A DNA stretch of 33,034 nucleotides from Thiomargarita sp. (GTDB taxonomy: Bacteria > Pseudomonadota > Gammaproteobacteria > Beggiatoales > Beggiatoaceae), in the NCBI GenBank assembly GCA_022729575.1, contig DZAL01000018.1:1290-34323 (forward strand), in the 5' to 3' direction. This document shows, piece after piece, positions 1-8,503 of this stretch. The notes beneath the pieces were generated by a model. That model was not told where the DNA came from and ran no database searches. It saw nothing but the letters and a program-made list of their open reading frames with translations. How positions within the stretch are numbered: position 1 is the stretch's first letter; every line of letters begins with the position of its first letter. Both the position numbers and the translations under genes were made by a program.

Positions 1-133
1 ACTTTCAAAAAGTTGTCAAATCTAAACCGATTTTGAACTCAGATTTGACAACTTTCAAAAAGTTGTCAAATCTAAACCGATTTTGAACTCAGATTTGACA
101 ACTTTTAAAAAGTTGTCAAATCTAAACTGATGA
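1..133. repeat. Tandem array (period ~60 bp) of the 33-bp palindromic repeat AGATTTGACAACTTT(C/T)AAAAAGTTGTCAAATCT with 27-bp spacer AAACCGATTTTGAACTC; truncated by window edge
   Basis: Direct reading: copies at 41-73 and 101-133 plus a partial copy at 1-23; same palindrome recurs >25 times in window. Confidence 0.9.
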
Positions 134-167
134 GGATGGTCTGCCAGTGTGTAGGTCCTACCGGTGT

Positions 168-1058
168 TTAATATAATGCAATTACTCGATACCCACGCTG
201 TACTAATAAATTAAGTAATCCGTCTGCTCCAGGTAAGTGTAACGCACCGACGGCGATAAACGCATTACCTTCTTGTAAACGTGGTAGCATTCGAGTAAGC
301 ATTTTATAATTTCGGTCGCTAAGTAGCCGTTTTAAAAAGGTTTGAGTAAGTGTGGGATGACTGCTATGCGCCAGGAGATAATTCTGACTGTAAGTTAGGA
401 GAGTTGTCAAGTTTTTTTGTAAATAAAGTTGGTGCAATTGTTCAAATATAGCGGGTAATTCATTGATATAATTGACAGTATCCGTGAGTAATATTAATTG
501 CTCGGCCGGCGAAAAGGCGTCGAATAGTTGTAATTGCTCTGGCACTTGCTCTAAGCCGTAAGGCAGAATTTTCAAAGCCATTGCTTGTTGATAAAGGAGA
601 AAATCTAAATAGTTGCCGTTTTTAGGCGGAGGTGTTTGAAGTAGGGTTAGCACGGCCACGGGTTTCATTTTCTTGATGAGGGTAGCCGATAGCTGATATG
701 GTTGCAAGGCCGCGACGATTTTGTTATACAGAGCCGGGTCTAAAAGTGCGTCTAAGGTTTGAGAGTCATCGAAAAATTTGGCATTGGAGGCTTGTTGAAT
801 GGTCGGTATATCCATCAATAATTCTAATACCACGCTGTTAGCTTGCTCCAACCGTTGTTGAATCAATGGCGGTAATTTGCTCACTCGTGGGTCGTCAGAA
901 TGAATGGTGCCAAATAAGTAACTGGGTGTTATGTCAGGGCGAGGACCAACAATTTGCCAAAATAAGCCGGTTTGTGAGTCTAGTGCGACGGCATAAGTGG
1001 TGGTGGTGGTGGTCATCATGAGCAAAAGTAGTAATAGGTAATCAATTAAGCGAGTCAT
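168..1058 (-). CDS. GumN/TraB family protein (PF01963-like), N-terminal signal/hydrophobic segment followed by poly-Thr run
   Basis: Translation contains LFWQI...YLFGTIHSDD motif typical of GumN/TraB; ATG at 1058; stop upstream in frame at 1125-1127 excludes longer start. Confidence 0.6.
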   Translation of the reverse strand: MTRLIDYLLLLLLMMTTTTTTYAVALDSQTGLFWQIVGPRPDITPSYLFGTIHSDDPRVSKLPPLIQQRLEQANSVVLELLMDIPTIQQASNAKFFDDSQTLDALLDPALYNKIVAALQPYQLSATLIKKMKPVAVLTLLQTPPPKNGNYLDFLLYQQAMALKILPYGLEQVPEQLQLFDAFSPAEQLILLTDTVNYINELPAIFEQLHQLYLQKNLTTLLTYSQNYLLAHSSHPTLTQTFLKRLLSDRNYKMLTRMLPRLQEGNAFIAVGALHLPGADGLLNLLVQRGYRVIALY

Positions 1059-1062
1059 AGCT

Positions 1063-1104
1063 ATCGTTGTCGTTGCCGTTGTCGTTGTCGTTGCCGTTGC
1101 CGTT
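1063..1104. repeat. Hexanucleotide simple-sequence repeat (GTCGTT/GCCGTT)x7 immediately 5' of the GumN/TraB start codon (minus strand)
   Basis: Direct reading of gtcgttgccgttgtcgttgtcgttgccgttgccgtt; lies in the 5'UTR/RBS region of ORF 168..1058. Confidence 0.85.
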
Positions 1105-1173
1105 GGAGTCCGGAATTTATTCCGTTAGAATCCGAAATTGTTCTCGCGGCCAACGGAATAAATTCCGGACTCC
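1105..1173. repeat. Perfect 22-bp inverted repeat hairpin GGAGTCCGGAATTTATTCCGTT...AACGGAATAAATTCCGGACTCC (loop ~25 nt)
   Basis: Direct reading; shares GGAGTCC/GGACTCC termini with hairpins at 12963-12988 and 25270-25323. Confidence 0.85.
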
Positions 1174-1288
1174 AAAATCAAAATCATAACACAAATGCCA
1201 TACGGGACTCAAGAGTCCCGTGCGATTTGAATACTATAGCAAATCTCACTTGATTGAATATCATTGACTTGATACTTCTTTACTCATC

Positions 1289-1405
1289 TTACGCACAGTT
1301 AATTCAACCACCCCCAACCCCTCCTTGGTAAGGAGGGGAGTAAACACCACCTAAATCGCATGGAATATTCCCCGCCTTAGCAAGGAGGGGCTAGGGGTGG
1401 TGCGT
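1289..1405. repeat. Family-B nested-hairpin element (CTCATCTTACGCAC...CCACCCCCAACCCCTCCTTGGTAAGGAGGGG ... CCTTAGCAAGGAGGGGCTAGGGGTGGTGCGTAAAGCGAG)
   Basis: Long imperfect inverted repeat; homologous copies at 3221-3356, 6066-6240, 8537-8570 (partial), 24481-24615. Confidence 0.85.
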
Positions 1406-1413
1406 AAAGCGAG

Positions 1414-1701
1414 TTAGCTAATAATTTTTACCCAAGTGGCTTTCAATTTCCCCTTTTCTTTGATGGCTTCGTAAAGCACCCTCTGCCCTTTATTCAGTCG
1501 TTTGACCGAGCCTTCGATCACGCTGAAATGAACAAATACTTCATCATCACCCTTATCAGGGTCGATGTAACCAAAACCAGCGGCAGTATTGAACCATTTA
1601 ACCGTGCCACTTTGAGCCGCCGCCAGGTGAGTGAACGGTAAAAAGGGTAAAAATAGGAAAATGGAGAGAAATATTAATTTGCGGAAAGTGTAATTTTTCA
1701 T
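1414..1701 (-). CDS. Cold-shock domain (CspA-like) protein with ~30-aa N-terminal hydrophobic signal-peptide-like extension
   Basis: GTVKWFN...GFGYI...DVFVHFS motifs = CSD RNP1/RNP2; N-terminus [31 protein letters not shown] is signal-like; no alternative internal start before the CSD. Confidence 0.7.
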   Translation of the reverse strand: MKNYTFRKLIFLSIFLFLPFLPFTHLAAAQSGTVKWFNTAAGFGYIDPDKGDDEVFVHFSVIEGSVKRLNKGQRVLYEAIKEKGKLKATWVKIIS

Positions 1702-1836
1702 TCAATTTACTCGCTCAATGTAATGACCCAATAAAGTGTATCTAAATCTAAAATTTTTAAATTTAGACAAGATAATGACTATGCTAAACTAGAAAAATGT
1801 GGCAAAATTAGCGCCATTTTATAACTAATTTTAGTA

Positions 1837-2361
1837 GTGAATATGAGCGAATCTCCGCAAGGCATTGGTAAAGGTATGATTTACGTTGCTTGGATTATAG
1901 CGTTAATTTTATTAACAATATTTTTTAATTCTTTCCTGGAAAAAGAATATAATCCCAATCAACAATTAACCACACATTTTAGTGGTGATGGCCCTCGTGA
2001 AGTGGTGTTACAACGTAATTCTATGGGACATTATGTGGCCAGTGGTAGTTTAAATGGTGCACCTGTAGTCTTTTTGCTAGATACCGGGGCGACCATGTTG
2101 GCGATTCCTGAGTCACTAGCCAATCGATTAGAATTAAAGCGTGGTGCTCAGATGCAAATGACCACGGCAAATGGTACTATTACCGCTTATAGTACGACGA
2201 TAGATAGGGTAACGCTAGGGGCCATTGAATTACGTCAAGTGCGAGCTAGTATTACTCCTTCGATGCGAGAAGAGGAGGTTTTATTAGGGATGAGTTTTCT
2301 CAAGCAGTTAGAATTTACCCAACGCGGTGATACCTTAATTATACGTCAAAATTCTCAATAA
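1837..2361 (+). CDS. Retropepsin-like clan AA aspartic protease (TIGR02281-like) with N-terminal TM anchor
   Basis: LLDTGAT catalytic motif, ~170 aa, N-terminal hydrophobic helix; ORF starts with GTG at 1837 (ATG at 1843 also possible). Confidence 0.65.
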   Translation: MNMSESPQGIGKGMIYVAWIIALILLTIFFNSFLEKEYNPNQQLTTHFSGDGPREVVLQRNSMGHYVASGSLNGAPVVFLLDTGATMLAIPESLANRLELKRGAQMQMTTANGTITAYSTTIDRVTLGAIELRQVRASITPSMREEEVLLGMSFLKQLEFTQRGDTLIIRQNSQ

Positions 2362-2374
2362 CCATGGTTTGCTG

Positions 2375-3211
2375 ATGACAATATTACAAATACCTAATGA
2401 TTTAGTTTCCACGGTGCAACGGGCGTTAATGGAAGATGTGGGAAGTGGTGATATTACTTCCCAATTGATTCCGCTATCTCGGGTCATGCAGGGGCAGGTA
2501 AGGAGTCGAGAAACTGCCGTTTTATGCGGAAGTCCATGGTTTAATGAAGTGTTTCGGCAATTAGATGCCAATGTCGAAATAATCTGGTACTGTCAAGAAA
2601 GTGACATGCTAATCGCTAATCAAGTATTATGTGCTCTTCGTGGACCTGCTAGAGTTTTGCTGACCGGTGAACGTACTGCCTTGAATTTTTTACAATTACT
2701 TTCTGGTACCGCAACTATAGTGCAACGTTATGTAAACGCTATTCGTGGCACGTCGGCACAAATTTTGGACACGCGCAAAACTTTACCAGGATTACGTAGT
2801 GCCCAAAAATATGCGGTCCTTGGTGGGGGAGGGAGAAATCATCGTCAGGGACTCTATGATGCTTTTTTAATCAAGGAGAATCATATTTTGGCGGCTGGCT
2901 CTATTAGCGCGGCAGTCATTACGGCTCGCCGTTTGTACCCTCACTTACCGATAGAAGTGGAAGTAGAAACCTTATCTCAAATTGAGGAGGCACTACAAGT
3001 TACCGCCGATAGTTTACTGTTAGATAATTTTTCGGTGGCTCAGTTGAAAGAGGCGGTGGCTTTAGTACAAGGAAGAGCCAAATTGGAGGCATCTGGCGGA
3101 ATTACTTTAGAGAATATTCGAGCCATTGCCGAAACTGGTGTAGATTTCATTTCCGTGGGTACCCTGACTAAACATGTGCAGGCCATAGATTTATCTATGA
3201 GATTTATTTAG
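2375..3211 (+). CDS. nadC: Nicotinate-nucleotide pyrophosphorylase (quinolinate phosphoribosyltransferase)
   Basis: LLTGERTALNFLQ..SG and C-terminal TIM-barrel motifs typical of NadC; ORF track start 2369 is TTG, ATG at 2375 preferred. Confidence 0.8.
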   Translation: MTILQIPNDLVSTVQRALMEDVGSGDITSQLIPLSRVMQGQVRSRETAVLCGSPWFNEVFRQLDANVEIIWYCQESDMLIANQVLCALRGPARVLLTGERTALNFLQLLSGTATIVQRYVNAIRGTSAQILDTRKTLPGLRSAQKYAVLGGGGRNHRQGLYDAFLIKENHILAAGSISAAVITARRLYPHLPIEVEVETLSQIEEALQVTADSLLLDNFSVAQLKEAVALVQGRAKLEASGGITLENIRAIAETGVDFISVGTLTKHVQAIDLSMRFI

Positions 3212-3220
3212 ATTTATTTA

Positions 3221-3402
3221 CTCACCTTACGTACTTTTAATTCAACCACCCCCAACCCCTCCTTGGTAAGGAGGGGAGTACGCACTACCGGCACCGCCAG
3301 GATACCCCCCTCCTTACCAAGGAGGGGTTGGGGGTGGTGGTGCGTAAGGTGAGTTATTTAGATTTATTTAGATTTGACAACTTTCGAAAAGTTGTCAAAT
3401 CT
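3221..3402. repeat. Family-B nested-hairpin element (3221-3356) followed by one 33-bp palindrome (3370-3402)
   Basis: Direct reading; CACCTTACGTAC...CCACCCCCAACCCCTCCTTGGTAAGGAGGGG...CCTCCTTACCAAGGAGGGGTTGGGGGTGGTGGTGCGTAAGGTGAG. Confidence 0.85.
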
Positions 3403-3424
3403 GGTGGTATAGAGGAGTATAAAA

Positions 3425-4513
3425 ATGTTAAATAATTTCAAGAATAATCGGTTTTTCTATTTAGATAAATCACTCTTAATCGCATTATTAATTCTTTCCA
3501 GCATCGGACTAATTACGCTCTACAGCGCAGGAGGAGAAAATTTAGACCTCATTGGACGACAAATGATAAGATTTGCCATGGGATTTGGACTCATGCTCAT
3601 ACTCGCCCAAGTCCGTTTACAAGAAGTGACTCGCTGGGTACCTTGGCTTTACCTGAGCGGACTATTTTTGTTGATTGCCGTTATGTTATTTGGGGAAATC
3701 AGTAATGGCTCACAACGCTGGTTAGACTTAGGCTTATTTCGTTTTCAACCGTCAGAAATGATGAAATTGGTGGTGCCGATGATGGTCGCTTGGTACCTGG
3801 CGGACAAATCCTTTCCACCAAGTTTTGGGCGAGTGATGATCGCATTAGTTATGATTATGGTGCCCGTGTTATTAGTCGCCGAGCAACCGGACTTGGGCAC
3901 GTCACTATTAATAGCCGCGGCCGGGATATTCGTACTATGGTTAGCGGGAATCAGTTGGAGCATGATAATCGGTTTTATGGCCATGTTGATGGCCGTGTTA
4001 CCTATTCTGTGGTATTATGTGTTACATAAATATCAGAAAGAACGAATATACACCCTCTTAGATCCAGAAAGAGAGCCACTAGGTACCGGCTATCATATCA
4101 TTCAATCAAAAATCGCGATCGGCTCCGGAGGTATCTATGGTAAAGGCTGGCTCAACGGTACCCAATCGCATTTAGAATTTTTACCAGAACGTTCTACTGA
4201 CTTTATTTTCGCCGTCTTTAGTGAAGAATTTGGCTTAGTAGGCATCTTATTATTGTTATCGGTATATATTTTCATCTTAACACGAGGCGCCTACATTGCG
4301 GCTCAGGCTCAAGGTACTTTTGCCCGTTTATTGGCCGGCAGTTTAGTACTCAGTTTCTTTGTTTATATCTTTGTCAATATCGGAATGGTCACCGGCTTGC
4401 TACCTGTCGTCGGAATCCCATTACCTTTAATCAGCTATGGTGGCACCTCTTTGGTCACTTTAATGGCAGGGTTTGGCTTACTCATGGCAGTATACACACA
4501 TCGACGAATTTAA
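3425..4513 (+). CDS. rodA: Rod shape-determining protein RodA (SEDS family peptidoglycan glycosyltransferase)
   Basis: 10-TM FtsW/RodA/SpoVE architecture, conserved C-terminal GGTS motif; GAGGAG RBS; synteny with mltB-rlpA-dacA. Confidence 0.85.
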   Translation: MLNNFKNNRFFYLDKSLLIALLILSSIGLITLYSAGGENLDLIGRQMIRFAMGFGLMLILAQVRLQEVTRWVPWLYLSGLFLLIAVMLFGEISNGSQRWLDLGLFRFQPSEMMKLVVPMMVAWYLADKSFPPSFGRVMIALVMIMVPVLLVAEQPDLGTSLLIAAAGIFVLWLAGISWSMIIGFMAMLMAVLPILWYYVLHKYQKERIYTLLDPEREPLGTGYHIIQSKIAIGSGGIYGKGWLNGTQSHLEFLPERSTDFIFAVFSEEFGLVGILLLLSVYIFILTRGAYIAAQAQGTFARLLAGSLVLSFFVYIFVNIGMVTGLLPVVGIPLPLISYGGTSLVTLMAGFGLLMAVYTHRRI

Positions 4514-5536
4514 ATGAGGACACCTAAAAAAATGATTGCTACAACCATATTATCACGCACTGGAATTATTTACTGCTTTCTCCTGCTACTCCTCAGTAGT
4601 TGGAATGCGGCGGCTCAAATAGTCCCTCTGGAAACCTTTATCGAAGACATGGTGAGTCGACATGGATTCAATAAACTCGAACTCACCCAATTATTTGCCA
4701 AAACTAAAGTATATAATAGCATTCTCAAAATAATGAATCGCACTACCAGTGGCAAAGGTCGTCCCTGGTACCGTTACCGTTCTAATTTCATCACTGACCA
4801 CCGCATTAGTGAAGGCACCGAATTTTGGCGACAACATGCCGCCGCTTTGAGCCGAGCCGAGGCCACTTACGGGGTGCCGGCCGAAATAATTATCGCTATT
4901 ATCGGGGTCGAAACTATTTATGGCAAAAATACCGGAGACCTCCCGGTATTAGATGCCCTCACCACTATAGCTTTCCACTACCCGCGTCGGGCCGAGTTTT
5001 TCCGCAGTGAATTGGAAGAATTTTTGTTGCTCACCCGAGAAGAGAAGTTAAACCCGCGACTTCCCACTGGCTCTTATGCCGGGGCCATGGGTCTTGGTCA
5101 ATTCATGCCAAGTAGTTTTCGTAAATACGCCGTTGACTTTGATGGTGATGGCAAACGAGATATTTGGGATAATTTCACCGATGCTATCGGTAGTGTTGCC
5201 AACTATTTCCATGGATACGGTTGGCAAACTGGACAACCTGTCATTTTAGCCACGCAAGTGCGTCCAGAGGCCATAAATTCATTACTTTCTGCCGAATTTA
5301 AACCGCTCTTTTCTCTGAAACAACTTAAGCAACAAGGATTACTATTTCAAGATGAACGACTAGATAACCAATTGGGGATGCTGATTGATTTGGAAACTGA
5401 ATTGGGCACTGCCTATTGGGTAGGGTTTGAGAATTTTTATGTCATTACCCGCTATAATCGTAGCGAAAATTACGCCATGGCGGTCTATCAACTTGCACAA
5501 GAAATTGCTAATATTTACTATGCCCAATCTCATTAA
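4514..5536 (+). CDS. mltB: Lytic murein transglycosylase B
   Basis: GAMGLGQFMPSS and DGKRDIW motifs characteristic of MltB; N-terminal signal peptide. Confidence 0.8.
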   Translation: MRTPKKMIATTILSRTGIIYCFLLLLLSSWNAAAQIVPLETFIEDMVSRHGFNKLELTQLFAKTKVYNSILKIMNRTTSGKGRPWYRYRSNFITDHRISEGTEFWRQHAAALSRAEATYGVPAEIIIAIIGVETIYGKNTGDLPVLDALTTIAFHYPRRAEFFRSELEEFLLLTREEKLNPRLPTGSYAGAMGLGQFMPSSFRKYAVDFDGDGKRDIWDNFTDAIGSVANYFHGYGWQTGQPVILATQVRPEAINSLLSAEFKPLFSLKQLKQQGLLFQDERLDNQLGMLIDLETELGTAYWVGFENFYVITRYNRSENYAMAVYQLAQEIANIYYAQSH

Positions 5537-6065
5537 ATTCACTTTCATTGTTAGTCTGTTGGCGGTAATGGCTAATCTATTGGCGTGTACCGCCGTAACC
5601 ACCACGCCTACTGCTATCAAAGTGCCGCCTAAAGTTCAATCTCCTCCGTTGGCTCCTTCAGCACCAACGATGCCACGAGAGGTGTTACGACCATCTCCAG
5701 CAGTTCAAAATAATATTCAAGGTGTGACCTTACCTAAAACCAAACGGCCGAATGCCAGCGGCTATCTAGCAACAGGAAACGCGAGTTGGTCTGGTCTGGC
5801 AAACCATGGTATGAAAACTGCTAGTGGTGAAATATATGATGTATACGGCATGACTGCTGCTCATGCCTCTTTACCATTGTTAGCACGGGTAAGAGTCAAA
5901 AATCTACGCACCGGTAAAAGCGTGATTGTCACCATCAATGACCGTGTTGATAAGTTGTCTTCGAGTAATTTACTTATTAAGTTATCTTATCACGCGGCCC
6001 GACAATTAGGATTACTCAAATCGGTTTCAGCAGTAGAAGTACGTGGATTGGCTGGTGATAGATAA
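5520..6065 (+). CDS. rlpA: Septal ring lytic transglycosylase RlpA (DPBB domain lipoprotein)
   Basis: Lipoprotein signal MPNLIKFTFIVSLLAVMANLLAC then DPBB motifs (GEIYD...LTAAH..LPL...V.V.NL.TGKSV.V.INDR); start moved from 5427 to internal ATG 5520 at lipobox; 17-nt overlap with mltB. Confidence 0.75.
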   Translation: MPNLIKFTFIVSLLAVMANLLACTAVTTTPTAIKVPPKVQSPPLAPSAPTMPREVLRPSPAVQNNIQGVTLPKTKRPNASGYLATGNASWSGLANHGMKTASGEIYDVYGMTAAHASLPLLARVRVKNLRTGKSVIVTINDRVDKLSSSNLLIKLSYHAARQLGLLKSVSAVEVRGLAGDR

Positions 6066-6277
6066 TTACACCTTACGCACAACCACCCCCAACCCCTCCT
6101 TGGTAAGGAGGGGAGTACGTACCACTTGAATTATAGGGTTGACTCCCCTCCTTACCAAGGAGGGGAGTACGTACCACTTGAATTATAGGGTTGACTCCCC
6201 TCCTTACCAAGGAGGGGTTGGGGGTGGTTGTACGATTTGACTCAGATTTGACAACTTTCAAAAAGTTGTCAAATCTA
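6066..6277. repeat. Family-B element with internal tandem duplication of a ~52-bp unit (ACTTGAATTATAGGGTTGACTCCCCTCCTTACCAAGGAGGGGAGTACGTACC) followed by 33-bp palindrome (6245-6277)
   Basis: Direct reading. Confidence 0.85.
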
Positions 6278-6314
6278 AACCCGATTTAGCCACTTAAAAA
6301 ATAGACCTAAAGCC

Positions 6315-7481
6315 ATGAGTAACTACATAAATAATAAGCTAACTCTATACTTGCTAATAAGTAGCCTCTGGATACCTCCACCGTGGCTACTTGCCAATAC
6401 TACTTTAGTACCTCCCCCGCCTCCCATTGAAGCGACTGCTTATCTCCTCCAAGATTTTGATAGTGGTCAAATTTTGATGGAGAAACAAATTCATGAACGG
6501 TTTGAACCCGCCAGTTTAACCAAATTAATGACGGCTTATATTGTCTTTACTAAACTGCGGGCGGGTCATATTCATTTAACCGATATGGTGAAAGTCAGCG
6601 AACAAGCCTGGAGGATGTCAGGCTCTCGTATGTATATTGAGCTTGGTAAGTCAATACCGTTGGAATTATTGTTAAAAGGGATGATTATTCAATCTGGTAA
6701 TGATGCCACCGTGGCCTTAGCTGAACATGTGGCTGGTAGTGAAGACCTGTTTGTCAGCATGATGAATCAACAAGCACAACGATTTGGCTTCAAAAATACC
6801 TTCTATACGAATAGTACAGGCTGGCCTGACGTTAAACAATATAGCAGCCCTTATGACTTGACACAAATAGCGCGAGCGATTATCCAAGATTTTCCAGAAT
6901 ATTACCACTGGTATTCGGAGAAAGAATTTGCTTACAATAATATCACTCAACCTAATCGCAATTTATTATTATGGCGTGACCAAACCGTGGACGGCATGAA
7001 AACTGGATTTACCGAAATCGCGGGATATTGTTTAGTGGCTTCGGCGAAACGAGGTAACATGCGTCTAATGGCTATATTATTGGGAGCAACTAGCAATAAA
7101 ACACGAGCCAGCGAAAGTCAAAAAATATTGGACTACGGATTTCGCTTCTTTGAAACACATCAACTGTATGCCGCTAACCAAGCCATCAAGCAAGAGCGGG
7201 TCCGGCAAGGAAATATGGATTACTTACCTGTAGGATTAAATTCACCTTTGTATGTGACCGTACCTAAAGGTCAATATGAACAATTAATAGTGACCATTCA
7301 AACGGAGCGGCGAATGATGGCACCAGTAGCCAAAGATAAAATCGTCGGGACTTTAAAAATTAGTCTGGGTGAAGAAGTCATATCGGAACGTCCTGTAATC
7401 AGTTTGATGGCAGTAGAAAAAGGTAATTTTTTGAAAATCTGGACCGACCAATTATTATGGTTTTTTAAGAAAGAAAAATAA
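6315..7481 (+). CDS. dacA: D-alanyl-D-alanine carboxypeptidase (PBP5/6 class)
   Basis: SLTKLMT (SxxK), SGN and KTG motifs; signal peptide; synteny rodA-rlpA-dacA as in enterics. Confidence 0.85.
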   Translation: MSNYINNKLTLYLLISSLWIPPPWLLANTTLVPPPPPIEATAYLLQDFDSGQILMEKQIHERFEPASLTKLMTAYIVFTKLRAGHIHLTDMVKVSEQAWRMSGSRMYIELGKSIPLELLLKGMIIQSGNDATVALAEHVAGSEDLFVSMMNQQAQRFGFKNTFYTNSTGWPDVKQYSSPYDLTQIARAIIQDFPEYYHWYSEKEFAYNNITQPNRNLLLWRDQTVDGMKTGFTEIAGYCLVASAKRGNMRLMAILLGATSNKTRASESQKILDYGFRFFETHQLYAANQAIKQERVRQGNMDYLPVGLNSPLYVTVPKGQYEQLIVTIQTERRMMAPVAKDKIVGTLKISLGEEVISERPVISLMAVEKGNFLKIWTDQLLWFFKKEK

Positions 7482-7487
7482 TCACTT

Positions 7488-7610
7488 AGATTTGACAACT
7501 TTTTTAAAACCAGATTTGACAATCTTCAGATTTGACAACTTTTTGAAAGTTGTCAAATCTTTCTTTTCGAAAGTTATCAAATCTTTCTTTTTGAAAGTTA
7601 TCAAATCTTT
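7488..7610. repeat. Cluster of full and half-site copies of the 33-bp palindrome (AGATTTGACAACTT...; degenerate GAAAGTTATCAAATCT x2)
   Basis: Direct reading. Confidence 0.85.
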
Positions 7611-7641
7611 CCTTTAACACCAATTATTATCAATAACACAA

Positions 7642-8484
7642 ATGATTGTTTATCTCAACGGTGAATTTCTACCTCTCACAGAGGCTAAAATCTCGGTTTT
7701 AGACCGCGGTTTCATTTTTGGTGACGGCGTATACGAAGTCGTTCCCGCTTATGGGAGAAAATTATTTCGTCTCCAAGAACATCTGCAACGATTAGATAAC
7801 AGCCTACAAGGTATTAAATTACCTAATCCGTTAAGGCATTCGCAATGGACCGAAGCACTGGAAACTTTGGTCACACATAATTCGAGTGAAGACCAATCGA
7901 TATATCTACAAGTCACTCGTGGTCCCGCGAAACGTGAGCATAATTTTCCAGCCCAAATCTATCCGACGGTCTTTGCCATGAGCGAGCCGTTGATTCCTCC
8001 TCCACGTTCTAATGGGGTCAAAGCCATTACTTGTCCGGATAATCGTTGGCAACGCTGTGATATTAAAGCTGTCACCTTGTTAGCTAACGTCTTGTTGCGT
8101 CAACAAGCAGTGGACACGGGCGCGGTGGAAGCCATTTTAATTCGCGACGGTTATATCATGGAAGGGGCCGCCAGTAATGTCTTTGTCGTTTATAATGGCA
8201 TTGCGATTACTCCCCCCAAGAGTCAATTTATTTTACCCGGCATCACCCGCGATTTAGTCTTAGAAGTAATGCAAGCCGCCCACTTACCGTGCCGTGAAGG
8301 AAATATTTCCGTGACACAACTTCACACCGCCACCGAAATTTGGTTAACCAGTTCTACTCGTGAAATTTTACCCGTAACTACACTCGACTCTCAAATCGTC
8401 GGTAAAGGGGAACCAGGACCACTTTGGTCTCAAGTTTGGCAACTTTATCAAGACTATAAGCAACAATTGCGTAATCATCAGTAA
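7642..8484 (+). CDS. Class IV aminotransferase, D-amino-acid aminotransferase-like
   Basis: DRGF.FGDGVYEV and C-terminal class-IV motifs; could alternatively be PabC/BCAT-family; adjacent to D-Ala carboxypeptidase. Confidence 0.65.
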   Translation: MIVYLNGEFLPLTEAKISVLDRGFIFGDGVYEVVPAYGRKLFRLQEHLQRLDNSLQGIKLPNPLRHSQWTEALETLVTHNSSEDQSIYLQVTRGPAKREHNFPAQIYPTVFAMSEPLIPPPRSNGVKAITCPDNRWQRCDIKAVTLLANVLLRQQAVDTGAVEAILIRDGYIMEGAASNVFVVYNGIAITPPKSQFILPGITRDLVLEVMQAAHLPCREGNISVTQLHTATEIWLTSSTREILPVTTLDSQIVGKGEPGPLWSQVWQLYQDYKQQLRNHQ

Positions 8485-8503
8485 TTCCATCAGTAATTCC
8501 ATC

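Noticed and set aside
3745-4029. Short ORFs inside or antisense to annotated genes (for example 3745..3984, 3790..4029, 4825..5010, 5048..5236, 5360..5620, 6717..6950, 9604..9798, 13784..14206, 15752..16378, 21402..21680, 22072..22443, 28629..29852)
   Set aside because: They are fully embedded in longer, well-supported CDSs in another frame or strand. They have no RBS and no recognizable domains.
5427-5519. Longer rlpA start at 5427
   Set aside because: The upstream extension overlaps mltB by ~110 nt. The lipoprotein signal and lipobox begin at the internal ATG 5520.
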